DNA from: Euglena gracilis
Taxonomy: Eukaryota
Length of the DNA: 64,000 nucleotides
Direction: 5' to 3'
Assembly: GCA_039621445.1 (NCBI GenBank)
Contig: CP154954.1
Coordinates: 21,712,954-21,776,953 of the forward strand
In this document: in pieces, positions 50,901 through 64,000 of the stretch
Position numbering within the stretch: the stretch's first letter is position 1
Layout: every line of letters starts with the position of its first letter
The notes under the pieces: model-generated
What the model was told of the DNA's origin: nothing
The model's database searches: none
Seen by the model: the letters and a program-made list of their open reading frames with translations, nothing else
Translations under genes and position numbers: made by a program

Positions 50901-53900
50901 TGGGTAAAAATTGCTGTTTTCCCCCAGCTATTTTCATTTCCTCCCCGGTCAAATAATGGGAATGACACAGGGATGTCTTGAAAAAACACAGGGGGGATGG
51001 AAGTTAAACGGACAGGTGTCCCCCCCCCCTGAAACGAGTCAACCTCCCGTTTGGTTGGAGGTGACCGAATTTGGTCCAAAACGCGAAACAAGAACTTTTC
51101 TCAGAGTTTTACCAGAAATCCTCAAGGAAGGGGGCGTTGTAAAAAAAATGTTCTGATGTGAAAGAAGCACCGCTCCCAAACCACAACCACACAACCTGTG
51201 TAACCAGAGCACCATGTAAGTGTTGTGGAGAGGTTGGGAAGGATGCCTCTAACTGTTGGACAAAAATTCTGGATGCAAATCAAGCTCGCCCCACACCCAG
51301 TATTGGGACCCATGCCCATGGGGGGAGAAGGATGAGGCATGAGGGTGGGACGACCAATTATCATGATAAAGGTTGGGAAAATGCCCAAGGAAAAAGTGGT
51401 GGCGAACGTTTCAGGGGCAACACTTTTGTTCAAGTGCCCCCAGCGCAAATTTGTTTCAGAAAATGTTTGCGGCACAGTCAAACGCTTTTTGTGGACAAAG
51501 TCCAGCGATTTTTTGGGTCAAAAGTAACAACCGCTTTGAAGCATTTTACGGGAACAAAACTTGAAAGAGAGGTGGACTTGACTTTTGCATCCGTTCTTCA
51601 TACAAAATACGGTCAAGAACCCCCATGTGTGAAAGAAGTTTGGAGTATGCCGATTCTCGCACAAAAATGACACTTTCCAGCACCCAATTTTCACAACCCC
51701 CCACAATTTTCATTAAGATGCCCCGAAAATACCTTATGAAGGACCATGAAATTTCAACAGGGCTAATTGTTTTGAATGTTTATTTTTGTCAATGTGGTCA
51801 TTTTGACCACAAAATGCCCACTCGTAGTTGGGGAAAGATGGAGGGTTTTCCAAACCGTTTGTGTCCGGGTTTTCGGTGCAATTACAACATCCCCAGTTCC
51901 AAAAAGACGTTTTCACCGCTTTGGTGGGATTATATTTGGTGGCACGTCACATAAAAAAATGCCGAGTCCCAGATTTGGACATTTTTCAGGTAGACTGGAA
52001 AGAGGAAAGGCATATTCTAAAGGGGGAGGGGTTTGGTGATGGTCTCCCAGGGTACCTCCTCATGAATGACCCATGACGAAAGCGAATTTAAAAATTGGAC
52101 GAACCCCAGAATTTGAGAAACGGTGGAGGAAGTGGACAATTTTCTGGTGGAAAAGGAAGGAGAGAGGTTGACACGCATTTGCACTCCCTCATTTTTCCCG
52201 AGTAGAAAAAAGTGAACGTTTTCTTCAATTTACTTCCCCCCGTTTGGGGAAAGAGAAGAAAAAATGGGTTGAACGGTCGACCAATGAAAATTTTGAGTCT
52301 GCCAATTATACCCAAGGCACAAAATCTGACGTTTTAATTGGGCAAGTGTGGGAACCGGAAACTATTCATTTTCACGGGTTGTGTTATGTGGAAGAAATGA
52401 ATAAAGTTTGGATGAACAAAAGAGGGATGCGCCCCATTCATTCAGAGGCGAGTGAGCGGGGGGTGCTCCAACGAAAAGGCGATGTGTTGTACCGACATAA
52501 TTTTCAGTTAAAACCCCCCCCCCAAAAAATAAGACCCCCCCAAAAAATAAGACCCCCCCCTGGGCCGATCGAGCAAAAATCCAAAAATAAGGCCCCCCCA
52601 TAAATAAGACCCCCCTTGACGGCGCGAAGCGCCGGGGACGGTGAAAATTTTCCCTGCGAAATTGCCAAAAACCCAAATTTCACACACAAAAATGATGGAA
52701 TTTCAAATTTTTTCAAATTTTTGAAGTGCAAAAAACATGCTAAATGTCAACTAACACAAATTTACACACGGCGCGAAGCGCCGAAGGAAAATTTTTAGTG
52801 TTTTGGGGAACCTGAAAATGATGTTTTATTTTTCGGGCCCGGGTCGGTCAAGAAAAAATTTAAAAATAAGACCCTCCCAAAAAATAAGACCCCCCCTGGA
52901 GGCTTCCAGCAACGGACCCAAAATAAGACCCGGGTCTTATCTTTGGGGGGGGGTTTACTCAATGGTGTTATTTACGGAGAGGAGATGGAACCCAACCCCC
53001 CCCGTAAAAGACAGTGTGCAGGATTTTCAGATAATTTGGAAACGAAACTTGCCCACGAATAGGACAGGGCCCACTATTTTGTCGGTGAGGCTCCCGAGGC
53101 ACCCACCAAGGAATTTTGGGTTCGGAAGAAAAATTTTTGGAACGGCAAGGAGGTGAGAATTCCACAAATTTGGATTTGCTTTTTTAAAAGCAAGAGACGG
53201 CCTGGTTTCTCAGCGCATTTATTTCTTTAAAAGTGGTGCAAATTTTGGGCCAAGTTTGGAGAGATGGCCTGGGAGGGCACGGGTTGATGTGACCCCCCCC
53301 CCCCCACAAGAACGGCCGTAAGTCACATTGTCATTGTGGAGAACAAATCCCGCGGTTTGAGGGGTTGTTTTCGTTGTTTCTGGTTTTTGGTGTTTGGTCG
53401 CGAAAAGCAACAGATCACGAAAATCAACAATCCCCCCAACAAAAAAGCTGCAGCATTTCAAGAAAAAAAGAGTGTGATTTGCTCCTCAAGGAGTGTCCTA
53501 AGAAGAAAACTCCACGAAAATGGCCCAATCAAAAAAAGGGAGTTTCTCCATAAGAGAAAAAAACCCTGATTAAAGGCTGGACTAACAATCAAACAAACCC
53601 CCTGAAGCCTAACAACCATATTTCTTGAAAGACGGTTGGTCAAAAAACGGTTCGCAAGTGTTGGAAACGTGAAACCATGCCTAGGCCCCATTGCAGCTCG
53701 GCGGGCAACTTTCGAAGTTGCAACCTGACCTGCCTTGGGAGCACCGCAAAGTGTCATTCTAAGCATGAGTGCTGTGTAGTGTGTGGGGATAAAAACTGCA
53801 CACCATATTGTGATTGTCAACACACTACCACAAACGCGCGGTACCGTGGACCGTGGCGGCGAAGGAGCGCGGAGCCACGCAGCGTGAGGTGGCGGTGGCG

Positions 53901-55640
53901 GCGGCGACACCGCACCGTTGCATTGCACCGTTAACTGCACCGTGCGCCGCACCTTTGCGTTTCACCGTTGCACCATTCCTCCAGGGTGCGGTGTGGCCCT
54001 TTGGGCGCCCCCCCCCCCCGCTACTTTCACGGGGTAAGGCGTGGCCTGTTAGGCTCCCCACCCCTCTTTAATCTTACCAACCGCACACATACGACTCTTT
54101 TTTTTCGCAAACCAAATTCTTTCTTTTGGTACGGACCCTTCTTTTTTCCTTTCGTGTTTTAAAATCTTCCGGAGTTTTTTCTAAGTGGGGGAGTGTAAAG
54201 GAGTCCTAACCCAAATATTGGCCAAAATTTGCCTGAGTGGGGCCGAAAATAACTGAAATTCCATTTTTTGGTTTTTAGTCCAATTTATCCTACGGATAAG
54301 ATTATTATGGTTCGGCTTGAAGGCCTGAACTTAATTGTTGACCTTGCAGGGCCGATTCTTTGAAATTTTCAATACCGGCAGACCAATGTTCCACAGTAGG
54401 ATTTGAAATTTTTCCCTAATTAACCTAAAGAAAGTCCCCACTCAAACCCACCAATTTCAAACTCAATCACACAACACAGGGTTCTTATCCCACCCAATGC
54501 ACTGGAGAACACTACAAAAAAAATATCAATTGTTTGTGCATGCAAGAACCAGAATTTGATAAAATAATTGAATTTCAAGGGTCAATTGGAAAAGCACAAG
54601 GACAAAAAGAAAAAGTTTGAATATTTTGACTCGAAGCCCGGCGGCCGCCTCAACAAAAAGTTGAGGCCGAAGGATCCTCAAAAACTTCGAACCAAGGTCG
54701 CGGTTTCACAGGGTGTGGTATCTCAGGCCACCAAACCCAGGATCAAAAGCCTAGCACTGGCAGTTTTTTGTTTCCCAGGGTGGCAAATACATCTGTTTTC
54801 AAATTTATGAAATCTTTGACTTGCTGTCCTGGCCATTGAAAAAAATGGGGGTCTAAAGAGTATTCCGTCATGTCCATTTCCCGTCTGCTTATGGGGTCCT
54901 CCAGGAATTCTTTTGAAGGTACCCAGTTGACTTGGAGGTTTAACCTGTTTTTCCATGCACCGTTTGAAAATGGTGTCAGCACTTTGTTGAATGGGTCCTT
55001 TTTGCCCCCACCGTTTTTTAAGTTAGTAAATTACCTGGTTGTCCACTGACAAAGAAACGGTTTCCCCAGGAGTGCTCAAACTTTTCACAGTTATGATTGC
55101 TCCACTGAGCTCATTTGCATGGATGTGCAAATTGGAGACTTTTCTCCAAAACTCATTCACAATTTCTCCTGTGTGTATGTTCAGCCCTCCCCCGCCCCAG
55201 GCACGGATGCTTCTGTCTGAGTGAAACTCTGTGGTTGCATTTTGGTGGAAAGGTCTGCTCCCCAGGTGCCTATTGAATTTTTTATTTCCCTTAATTGTGC
55301 CTCGATTTCTGGGTAAATGGGGTGTTTTCTGTCCCAGAGGGCTGTGGACTTTGCCACCAAAAATTAGCCATGGTGTCTGTAAAAGCCCTTATAAAGGGCA
55401 GGGCCAGTAGTTTGCATCTTATTTGACCCAAAATGGCAGCCCATTGCCTTCTTGACGTGTAATCTTTTTTTAAAATATTCTCAAGTTCCTTTTTTATGGT
55501 TTTGACCTTCTGGGTTGGCACCGGTAGCTTTCCTTTCTGGAAGTTCAGTTGATAACCCAGATGGGTTACTACTTGGGTAGGCTGGAGGGAGGACTTTTTC
55601 AAATTGATTTTGAACCCAGAATCAAGTAAATCTTTGAAAG
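47937..55640 (-). mobile_element. Degenerate DIRS/Ngaro-like (tyrosine-recombinase class) retrotransposon remnants with approx. 505-bp direct repeats
   Basis: Direct repeats at 47937-48443 and 54193-54700. ORF 55291-55656 (LLDSGFKINLKKSSLQPTQVVTHLGYQLN...ILGQIR) matches the post-YxDD segment of DIRS-type RTs. Faint RT-like traces (CFFHI; FQ...PVRLTSIPPVF) at about 50900-51200. No recombinase motif recognised. Confidence 0.55.
52505..52960. mobile_element. Approx. 460-bp MITE with AAAATAAGACCC subterminal repeats
   Basis: Ends AAACCCCCCC / GGGGGGGTTTA; reverse-complement copy at about 55858-56330. Confidence 0.78.
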
Positions 55641-58600
55641 ATACACCCTGTCCCAATCGGAGTCTTGAAAAATGTATGGCACTTTGGCCTTGCCTGCTGA
55701 CTGGACTGCGAGTCGGACAGCTGCGCTGTCAGGATGAAAATCTTTGGCGATTCCGCCTGTGCGGTAGCTGGGTACAGCTTTAAATTTGTTGAACTCGTAA
55801 AAGTTGATCTGGGACTTATAGTCCTGCTTGAATTTGACCAGATGGTCTTCATTTTCTGGTAAACCCCCCCCAAAAAAATAAGACCCGGTCTTATTTTTGG
55901 GTCCGTTGCTGGAAACCTCCGGGGGGGTCTTATTTTGGGGGGGGGTCTTATTTTTGGATTTTTTCTTGACCGACCCGGGCCCGAAAAAAACATCATTTTT
56001 CAGGTTCCCAAAAACACTAAAAATTTTCCTTCGGTGCTTCGCGCCATGTTTAAATTTGTGTAAGTTGACATTTAGCATGTTTTTTGCACTTCAAGAATCT
56101 GAAATTTTTTGAAATTTCAGATATTTTTGTGTGTGAAATTTGGGTTTTTGGCAATTTCTCAGGGAAAATTTCCACCGTCCCCGGCGCTTCGCGCCGTCAG
56201 GGGGGGGGGGTCTTATTTATGGGGGGGGTCTTATTTTTGGATTTTTGCTCGGTCGGCCCAGGGGGGGTCTTATTTTTGGGGGGGGGGTCTTATTTTTGGG
56301 GGGGGTCTTGTTTTGGGGGGGGGGGTTTATGACTCTAGTCATACCGCCAGTGGCAGGTAACCAGAATTCTGCCTGTAGGCAGTTGATGCAACGGACAGGT
56401 ATGTCCTTATCATAATCATTTTCCGTCCAGCGAAATTGTCCATATTGGACCATGTCAGTAGGCAATCGCCACAAACCAATGTTGCGCAATTGCGCACATA
56501 TGCATCATGGCGTAAGCTTATGCTATCCGGGTTGCGTGTGCAGATATGCACTGCTGGCATGTCGTTCCGTAGCCTATGGCATACTGTACATAACGACAAT
56601 AGTGGATCATTGTCCTGGAAATCCAGGACAAAATTTCCTCCAAAATATTGGGCTAATACCCTTGGAGATTTCGCATTCCAAAAACGCCAAGTGTGGCTGG
56701 TTTTGAAAATACCGGGTTGATCCCGGTGGAACAAGGGCTTGATCCACTTGTTCAGCCAGGGGTCACTGCTATTGCGGATCACATTCATCCTAGCCTGGCG
56801 AGTGTTGAGGGGGTCTACTCTGGAAAATACGTCCTCAGTCCAAAATGGCTCGTTGGCCTCATGAGGGACATTTCATCTTATCGATCTGATTGTGGGTTTG
56901 CGCTTAGCGCCTTCCGAGGTTGCAGCCACATAGCTGGCCATTGGTATTGTGGGCCTATGGCCTGTGCCAGAGCCATCTCCACCGGGAGATGGTGGCTCAT
57001 CATCCCGCCGCTTTTCAGCTGGCTTGCAGCCTTCGGCTGAGGGTTTAGCCTTAGGCTTTTTATGTTTGCCATATCGCCGTTCTTCCCGAGGGTCTGCCAG
57101 AGGCAGTGGTCTTTCCGCCGTTGGCGGTTTCGGGGCTGCCGGTTTGGCAGGAGGTGGTTGCATTACCGCCGTTGGCGGTGCTGGTGCAGCTGGTTTAGCT
57201 GCTGGGACATCCAACTCCATTGGAGCTGTCACCGCAGCCTGTACGGCTGTTGAGCTGGTATCAGCAGCAGGAACCCGTTGGGTTTCTGGTGGGGATGCGG
57301 CAGGTGAGCCGCCAGGAGTCAGCACTGCCGATACTGCGGACATCGCCGCTGTCAGACCCTGTAGCACACCACCTAAAACACCTGTAGGTATTGTTGGTGA
57401 TGCGACAGGTTCTGTCGGGGTTGGTGCCATTGGCACTGCGGGTAATGAGAGGGGCGGTACCGGAGGTACCGGTGGCCGTTCGGCCTCGGATGCAGGAGAT
57501 TCAGATTCGGAGCTGACATCTCCTTCAGGAGGAAGGAGTGTCCCGGAGCCCATTGGGGCTGGTGGAAGAGCTGGATGCTGCGGTTCATCAGCACATATTC
57601 TTCCAAGCCTTCCATGCGGTCTTCACCGCCCTCTCCACGCTCTCTTCACTGCCCTCCACCGTTTCTGGTGAAGCGGCAGGGGCTGTTGTCTGTTCCGCTA
57701 TAGCGGTAGGCACAGTGCCTGTTTGTGCAGTCGCGCTGGTGGGTACCGCAATGGCGGGCTGGGGAGATGAGGTAGCGACAGAAGATCGACTCTCCTGAAG
57801 TCCCTTAGGGACAAAAGGTTCTGCTGTAGCCGGTAGGCTTGTACCGATGTAACGCCGACCACGCCCGAAGGCGCTTTGGTGGTGTTTCACCACGAATTCC
57901 CTGGGGAACTGGCGTTGCCGGTTGCGGCTGAGCTGCGACTTATGTTGCCGGTTGCCGCTGGGTTGAGGATTCCGATGGCGGAACTTCTGGAGCCGTTTGC
58001 GGCATTGGGCGGGGTGCCTTTGGCACCTGTCGTTTCCGTAATCGGAAAAGATCCCATGTTTCTTTACTTATTCAACCATCCTGTGGTTGAAGCGCAGGAG
58101 AGGTAGGGCCATGCCTAGCTCGTTCGTTGTCTTCCGCCTTGGAAAAACGGCTGGAACAGCGCTCTATCGAGCGTATCGCCGAATCGGCGTTTGACATCAT
58201 CGTGAATGCTTTCCTTCTCGAACCGGGGCCTAATGGGAACATAGTCCGGGGGAATCTCCCTATCGGGATTGGGGTAATAATATATCTCCATGATCTGGCA
58301 GGTCCAAGCCCTGAACCAGAACTGCTGCAAATACAGCAGGAGTTGACGGTGGTTGCGTCGCCCATTGGAGCTTTGGTGAACATACTTTGGATTTCTGCAA
58401 AGGTGCAGGAGCACGATGCGCTTTGGCGCTGCCTGCGGGACATTGGCCTGTTTGCCATCCTCGTCCTGGCCTTCGGCCTGTGGTTGAGTACTGCGTACTC
58501 CGAATCCCCAGAAGTCCACTGCAAACATTTCGTAGCAGTGAGAGCATCGGACGATATACGTCTGGGGGAAGCGGATATCAATATCGACCACTTCAAAGTG

Positions 58601-60650
58601 ATAGGCATATTGCCAGTGGTAAAAGACTTGCAGATTGCTGCAGAACATGTTTCCCGTCAATTTGGCGATATTTTCAGGTAGTGCGTAGAACTCCCACTCC
58701 AGGCCTTTTGTGCCTACACTGTGAATGCAGTCGAATAACTGCCGCAGCAAATCTTTACCTGTGTTGTATCGGTCTTCCCGACCACAATCCAGGTAAGGAT
58801 AGCCACAGGAGTTCAGGAATCTGCGGAAATTTTGGGTGGGGAATCCAGCCCAGAACCAAACGTGCCAGAATCCCGGCAGACCGTCCAATATCGGACCGAG
58901 GATGGGATTGCCTTCAAAGGAATATAAAGTTCCATCATTGTGGAAATCACGATTTCGCTCCGTATAGAGCTGTCTGGTCACAGTCACGACGGGGGAGGCG
59001 ACCAGGATTGGAAGGTTAAGTTCATTTTGGAACTTCCGCATGGCCTCGAATGCGAGGTCATGGATGCTCTGGATGTGCTCGAATAGAGCTTCCATGTCGT
59101 CCTCATAGAAGTTCCGGTATTGTCCTTTCTGGCCTTTGCCTTGGCCTTTTTGGCCTGCAGTAGGTGCTCGTTTGGGAGCACTTTTGGCTTTACCCTTGCC
59201 CGATCGGGCTTCCCATCGAACAATCTCTTCTCTAGCTTGTTTCCAAGCATGAGGACTGAGATTGGATGCAAAACGGGGGCCTAAAAATGCAGGATTCATA
59301 TCGCTTGTTCGTCTAAGCAATTCCTGTGGGGCATAAGCCAGTTTGGGTGCTGGGTATGCTGCAGGTTGATCCTGCATATCCGCCAATAGCGTTGGGTTAT
59401 TGTCAGGGAGGGGTTCGCCTGTAGGCGGGTCGATGTTGGTGGGGTTGCGGACACGTTCGCGAGTATCGTCAAGAATTTTCTGTCCTCGTGCACGCTCCGC
59501 AGCTTCATGCTCGATTTCTGCCCTGTGGGCTCTTTGGGCCCCCTCGGCTTGTTCGAGCTGTTGCTGGGTGGGTTCAGGAACAGGCAGTACCTCGGTGGTG
59601 GCCTGTTGGCCTGGAGGTACTGGTGTCTCCTGGGGTGGCGCCATTGGTGCTGTTACAGGCTGTGGCGCTGTTGGCGCTCCTACAGGCTGTGGCGCGATTG
59701 GCGCTGCTGCAGCTGTCGGCGCTGCTGCTTTTGCTGGCACCGGTCTGGGGGGTTGCGCCGTTGGTGCTGGCTTGGCCGGCGCGGCAAACGGTACGTGCAC
59801 GGGAGGGGCTGCGGCCTGTTGGCCACCCGATGCCCGACGTTACTTCTCAGGGGTAGCCTGTCTGGCTGGGGCTGGGGCAGGGGCTGGGGGTTTCGGTCTC
59901 CACATTGGGGATGAAGGTTCTGGCCTACCTCGTTTCCCCAGGTCTGCTGGCCTGTACGGCTGTGATGCATATCTGCGTTCTGCAGACTGTGGGCCCTGGA
60001 GCTGTTCCAGGGATTGGTAGTACTGGATGGCTTGCTGAGGTGATGTGAAGCTGGGTTCTGGAAGGGGTTCATGTGCCGTTGGTACATCCTCTTCCACAGC
60101 CATACGGCCTTCGGCCTCGGCTTGCTCAACATCCTCAGCCCAGGATCCAGGCTCCTGAGCCACCAGCATATCCCGTTGTACCGGTAACTGACTTCCAGCT
60201 TCCAGATGGGCTGGATATGGAAATGGAGGTAGTGCCGTTGACGGTTGCGTCGTTGGCTGATACGCATATTGCGTTGGGGGTTCCCGATATTCGGGTGGTG
60301 GTATTCTTGGCATACGAGGAGGGGACTGGGTATCGCGAAAAATTCGCGATGGCCGCACCATTGGTGCTGGGATATCTCCCGCCTCGCTTTCCGCCACTGG
60401 GGGGCTATGCTCCCGCATGTATTCGGTAAATGCACCTGTGTGATGACGAATCCGCGGCATCGGCGGTACCTGGATGCCCAGTGTACGCATGCTGACATCA
60501 GGGGGATATTCCCCAGGCATGAAGTACACTTTCCCTGTCATCAGAGTTTGGCCACAAGTGCACCATTGTGCAATAGGCCCATTGGCCAGGCCACACTCAG
60601 GCACTGTCAGTGGAAGTGTAAGGCTGGCCTAACCGAACCGGGGACTTTGG
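55640..60650 (-). pseudogene. Long intronless, disrupted ORF (Pro/Ala/Gln-rich with several Cys clusters), probably transposon-encoded
   Basis: ORFs 59840-60604 and 58115-59800 share a frame separated by one TAA; further pieces at 57588-57893, 56873-57553, 56339-56788. N-terminal PECGLANGPIAQWCTC, central CSHC...HLC, C-terminal CTVC...C...CATLVCGDC...CINC. Confidence 0.55.
55858..56330. mobile_element. Second, inverted copy of the same MITE, interrupting a minus-strand ORF
   Basis: Colinear reverse complement of 52505-52960. Coding-like sequence flanks both sides (…FWLPATGGMTRV | PENEDHLVKFKQ…). Confidence 0.78.
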
Positions 60651-60830
60651 CTCGATGCAAGGCCAATGCCCAGGTTCAATGATTGGTTGGACACTCCCCA
60701 CCGTTCCAGGAATGTTTCCTGAATTGTTGGAGTCAGGTCAAGGCTGTGTTGAGCCCTTTTTTTTGTTGGTTTGGATCAAAATCACGTTTTGGCTTTGTGG
60801 TTGGAATTTTTGACTCAGAATTGGATACCC

Positions 60831-62750
60831 TGTGAGACGTTTGGGTGGGGACAGGAATGCATCATTTTGTGACCGTGACTGTTTTTGGTCACACCCCAGA
60901 TTGTGACGGGGTTTGATGAAATTTCCACTTTTAGCATTTTTATCGTCAAAATGGGGATTTCAGTTTTGAGGAAGGATTTTTTAACCCATGGCCCTTCCCA
61001 CACACGTTGACGGTGGGGGTGGACGACTTTGTGAAGGCCCGTCCTTTGACATGTGTGAGATTTCAGCCGGTTTAGATATTACGGCCCAGGTTTGTGATTT
61101 TTTTTGTTTGGAGGCTGAAGCCGGTGTTGTTACCGTGGAGCCTGTCCCTGAGTTTCCTGTTTCTCGGGGCCGGCACCCCTTTGCGTAGGATCTTTTACCC
61201 TGCCCAGGGTGTTTTCAATTCCCCTCGCGGCTTGTTTTAAAATTTGCATTTTTCTTTGCTTTGAGGGTTTTTTGGGTGAAAACAGGTGGGTTGGTTGGCT
61301 GACACCTTTCCTTTGATAAAAAAAATCCACAAGCAATCCAGCAAGCAAATCCACAAATGCAATACAAGGCATCCACAGCACCAAACCAAAGTACGTAACG
61401 TCCAGGGTAAGAATGATAATTGATCCCAGATAATTCTTGAACAAACAAAATGACAGAGTGACAGACAGAGCCCTGCATAGGGACAGATGGAGTCAGTAAT
61501 TTGTAATTCCTAATAAGATTTTCATAATCCTAGCTGAGGAGTCATCAGGTTGGGTTTGGGTTGGGTTAGGTTATGTTGTTTCGGGAACTCAGCACCCCTG
61601 ACTCACACTCCCCTTCCCCAAGGAGTTGTTTACAACACTTCACGACTCCTACAGGACGGGGTGCGGAGTGCACTCGTTGTGAGGAGGTGGTGAGTGAGGA
61701 GAGCGTTTTTGCTCGCCCCCCCCCCTCAGGGGGCTGTGCCGTTCAAGTTCGTTTTATGGCCAAGGTTGGGTCAAATGTTCTGCTTTGGGTAGTTGGGTCT
61801 GGCTGGTGTGTTGTCTCCCCCCAGCACGCCTAGGGCTGTTTGGCGTTGGGAGGGGGGCAGGCGCCGTTGTGAACCAAGCGCCCGCCACGGTTAAAATTTT
61901 CAGGAAATCCTTATTCCCAGGCCAGGTAAGTTGCTTTGTCACGGTCAGGGTCCTAAACAGCGTTTTCGGTTCGGTTAGACCATTCGGTGTCTAGGCTTGG
62001 TATCTGTTCGGTGGGGGGTGGGTCCAGCTGCGGTCTTCCAGCCCCCCCCCCCAGGCAAAGCGGTCAGGCTCCGGCCGGGGACGAATTTTTATAAAAATCT
62101 GGTGAAGGCTGGGTTTCGGTTAAAAATAAGGCTGGGTCAAGACAATGTTTTTTTTTGTATTTTTGTATTTTTTTTCTGGAAGTTAGGCTGGTTTGTGCGA
62201 GGTCAGGAGCTGTGGAGGGTCCTCGCCCCCCCCCCCCAGGCCGGTGGCCCGGGATCGGCCAGGTCTGCGTTTTTGGGTCAAAGTCAGGTTCCCCTTCCAC
62301 CGTTTGCCCAGTTTTGGCTGGCTGCTACGGTTGGGGTTGGGGGCTGTGATTTTTTTTTTTACAGGTAGGCTGGCCAAGTCCAGGGGGGAAGGTTCGTTCT
62401 CCTCGGGGGGGTTCCAACCCACAACAACAACGATGAAGAATTGAAGAATGGATTGATTGGCAGAAGAGTGGCACTTGAGGTCAGTGAATTCGGGTTGGGT
62501 CGGGTCTTGTTCAGGTCCGTTGGGCTGGTTCGAGTTGGGCTGGCCAGCGGTTCAGGTTCAGGTGGGCTGGCCAGGGGGGGGGGGGGCTGACCAAGCCCGT
62601 TTTGTCGACTTGAGTCGGGCAGGTTTTGTCACAGGCGTGTAAGCTCAAGTCAGTCGAGGTTGGTATGGGTGGTAGGGTTGGGGTTGGCTTTGGGGTCGTT
62701 CGGGGTGTCGACGTGACGGTGTCTGTGAGGAGGCCCAGGGGTATGTGACA
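60831..62750 (-). mobile_element. Candidate LTR of the gypsy element
   Basis: On the minus strand a purine-rich run GATGGGATGGAG downstream of pol precedes TGTCACA at 62750; CTCACA ends at 60831. No second copy in the window to confirm. Confidence 0.3.
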
Positions 62751-62852
62751 TGTGTCACTCCATCCCATCAAGCAACTGTCTCACATCCACGGCGAAGTCT
62801 TGTTCTTTGCAGTATTGGAACACATCTTTGTTTGTTCGGAGTAAGAAGTGGT

Positions 62853-64000
62853 TCAGGGTTCCCACTGAGTATCAGATGGATCCCAGTTTTTCAACTGAAT
62901 CAAAAATTGAAGTTTTCCGTCTTTTCTGCGGTGGTTCAGTACTTTTTCAACCTCCCACTCGTCCGGTCCGACCTCCAACTCCTGTGCCTTGCCCGACCAA
63001 AAGTTGAGGGGGACAGGGGTTGTGTTGTAGAGGTCCTTCGCGTGGGGTTTGAGTTGTGAGCGGTGGGCAGGTTGTCGGTTTCCCGGTCGAAGTTCCACCA
63101 CGTAGGAGTGCTTTCCCACTCGTTCCAACACCACTGCAGGTCCTTTCCACTTCGGTTCGAGTTTTTCGGCCCCAGGTTGTCTTTCGGGTTGATACCAGAC
63201 TTTCGAGCCGATTTTCAAGGCAGGTGGTTCTCTGCGTTTTTGGTTCACCGTTTCAGTCCGTTCACGCTGTTTTTCGTTCAGGACCAGACTCACCCTCTGG
63301 TCTTGTTCCTTCATCCTTTCCAAGAACGCTGTGGCCCCTTCCACTGCCCTTTGTGGTTGGTATGGTAATCCCGCCAACGGTCTGTGCCTGCCAAACACAA
63401 TTTCGTACCGTGGCAATCCCATTTCACCTGGGACGTCGTGTAGGGCACTCAAGGCGTTCGGTAGGAGTTCAACCCAGGGTACCCTTTTTCAGCAGCCAGT
63501 TTTGCAAGTTTTCGGAGGACTTGTTGACCTGCTACCTCAGCCCGTGCGTTGGCTTGGTGGTGGTATGCCTGCCCGTATGCCACACGGACCCCGTGGGCAG
63601 CGCACAGTGTATTCCACCAACCGGCTGTGAAATGGGAGCCCCGGTCGGAGTCCACCACCAAGGGTGTCCCAAAATTCCCTACTGTTTGTACATCTCCTTT
63701 CCGACCTTTTCTGCTGTGAGTCCCTTCGCCAGGTGGGGGGTTGCAACCAACCACCCACTTAGCCTGTCCACACACAACGCCAACGTGTCGTATTTCTTCC
63801 CTTCAAAGGTCTTTTCATGTAGTGAGAGCAAATCGATGGCAACACTGTCCGTCAGGTGTGCAGGAATCGGTTTCGGTTCAATGGGGCACTTGCATGGTAG
63901 GTGGCTGGGTTCTGTTGCTTTGCAGGTTTCACACACGGTCATAATTTTGCCTGTCAGTTTCTTTGCATCCCGGTGGTCCGCAAACGCAAACCACCTTCCC
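62853..64000 (-). mobile_element. Ty3/gypsy chromovirus-type pol C-terminus: integrase + GPY/F + chromodomain, with stops and frameshifts
   Basis: CETC zinc motif, VAIDL, VDRLSG, VDSDRGSHFT, YHHQANARAE (DDE core), LEPKWKGP...HRSQLKP (GPY/F), EWEVEKVLNHR...QFLIQLKNWDPSDTQWEP (chromodomain). Split across three ORFs; continues past the window end. Confidence 0.92.

Noticed and set aside
58127-58681. Hydrophobic + strand ORF as a membrane protein
   Set aside because: It is the antisense shadow of the longer minus-strand ORF 58115-59800.

Overview
Eukaryotic nuclear DNA, most likely from a photosynthetic euglenid (Euglena-like). Small GC-rich exons sit in large GT-AG introns full of poly-G/C tracts and MITEs, and one gene has a euglenid-style plastid presequence. 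Most entries in the six-frame ORF track are spurious; real genes only appear after manual splicing. From left to right I can support: (1) the last exon of a SMYD-type SET-domain gene; (2) a roughly 28-kb gene for a two-TM, Pro/Ala/Glu-rich protein whose middle is built from 13 duplicated symmetric phase-1 exons (E[E/D]QRAP motif), with a 2.9-kb (CAG)n tract inside it; (3) an 8-exon nuclear rbcX gene (Rubisco assembly chaperone) with a TMH-transit-TMH presequence; (4) several non-autonomous DNA transposons with exact 8-bp target-site duplications; (5) a retroelement graveyard with DIRS-like RT remnants, an unassigned Zn-finger/Pro-rich ORF and a Ty3/gypsy integrase-chromodomain. Some stretches (about 3-5.5 kb, 47.5-55.6 kb, 60.7-62.5 kb) look like error-prone consensus with inflated homopolymers, so detail there is unreliable. 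All homology calls come from motif recognition by eye, not database searches.
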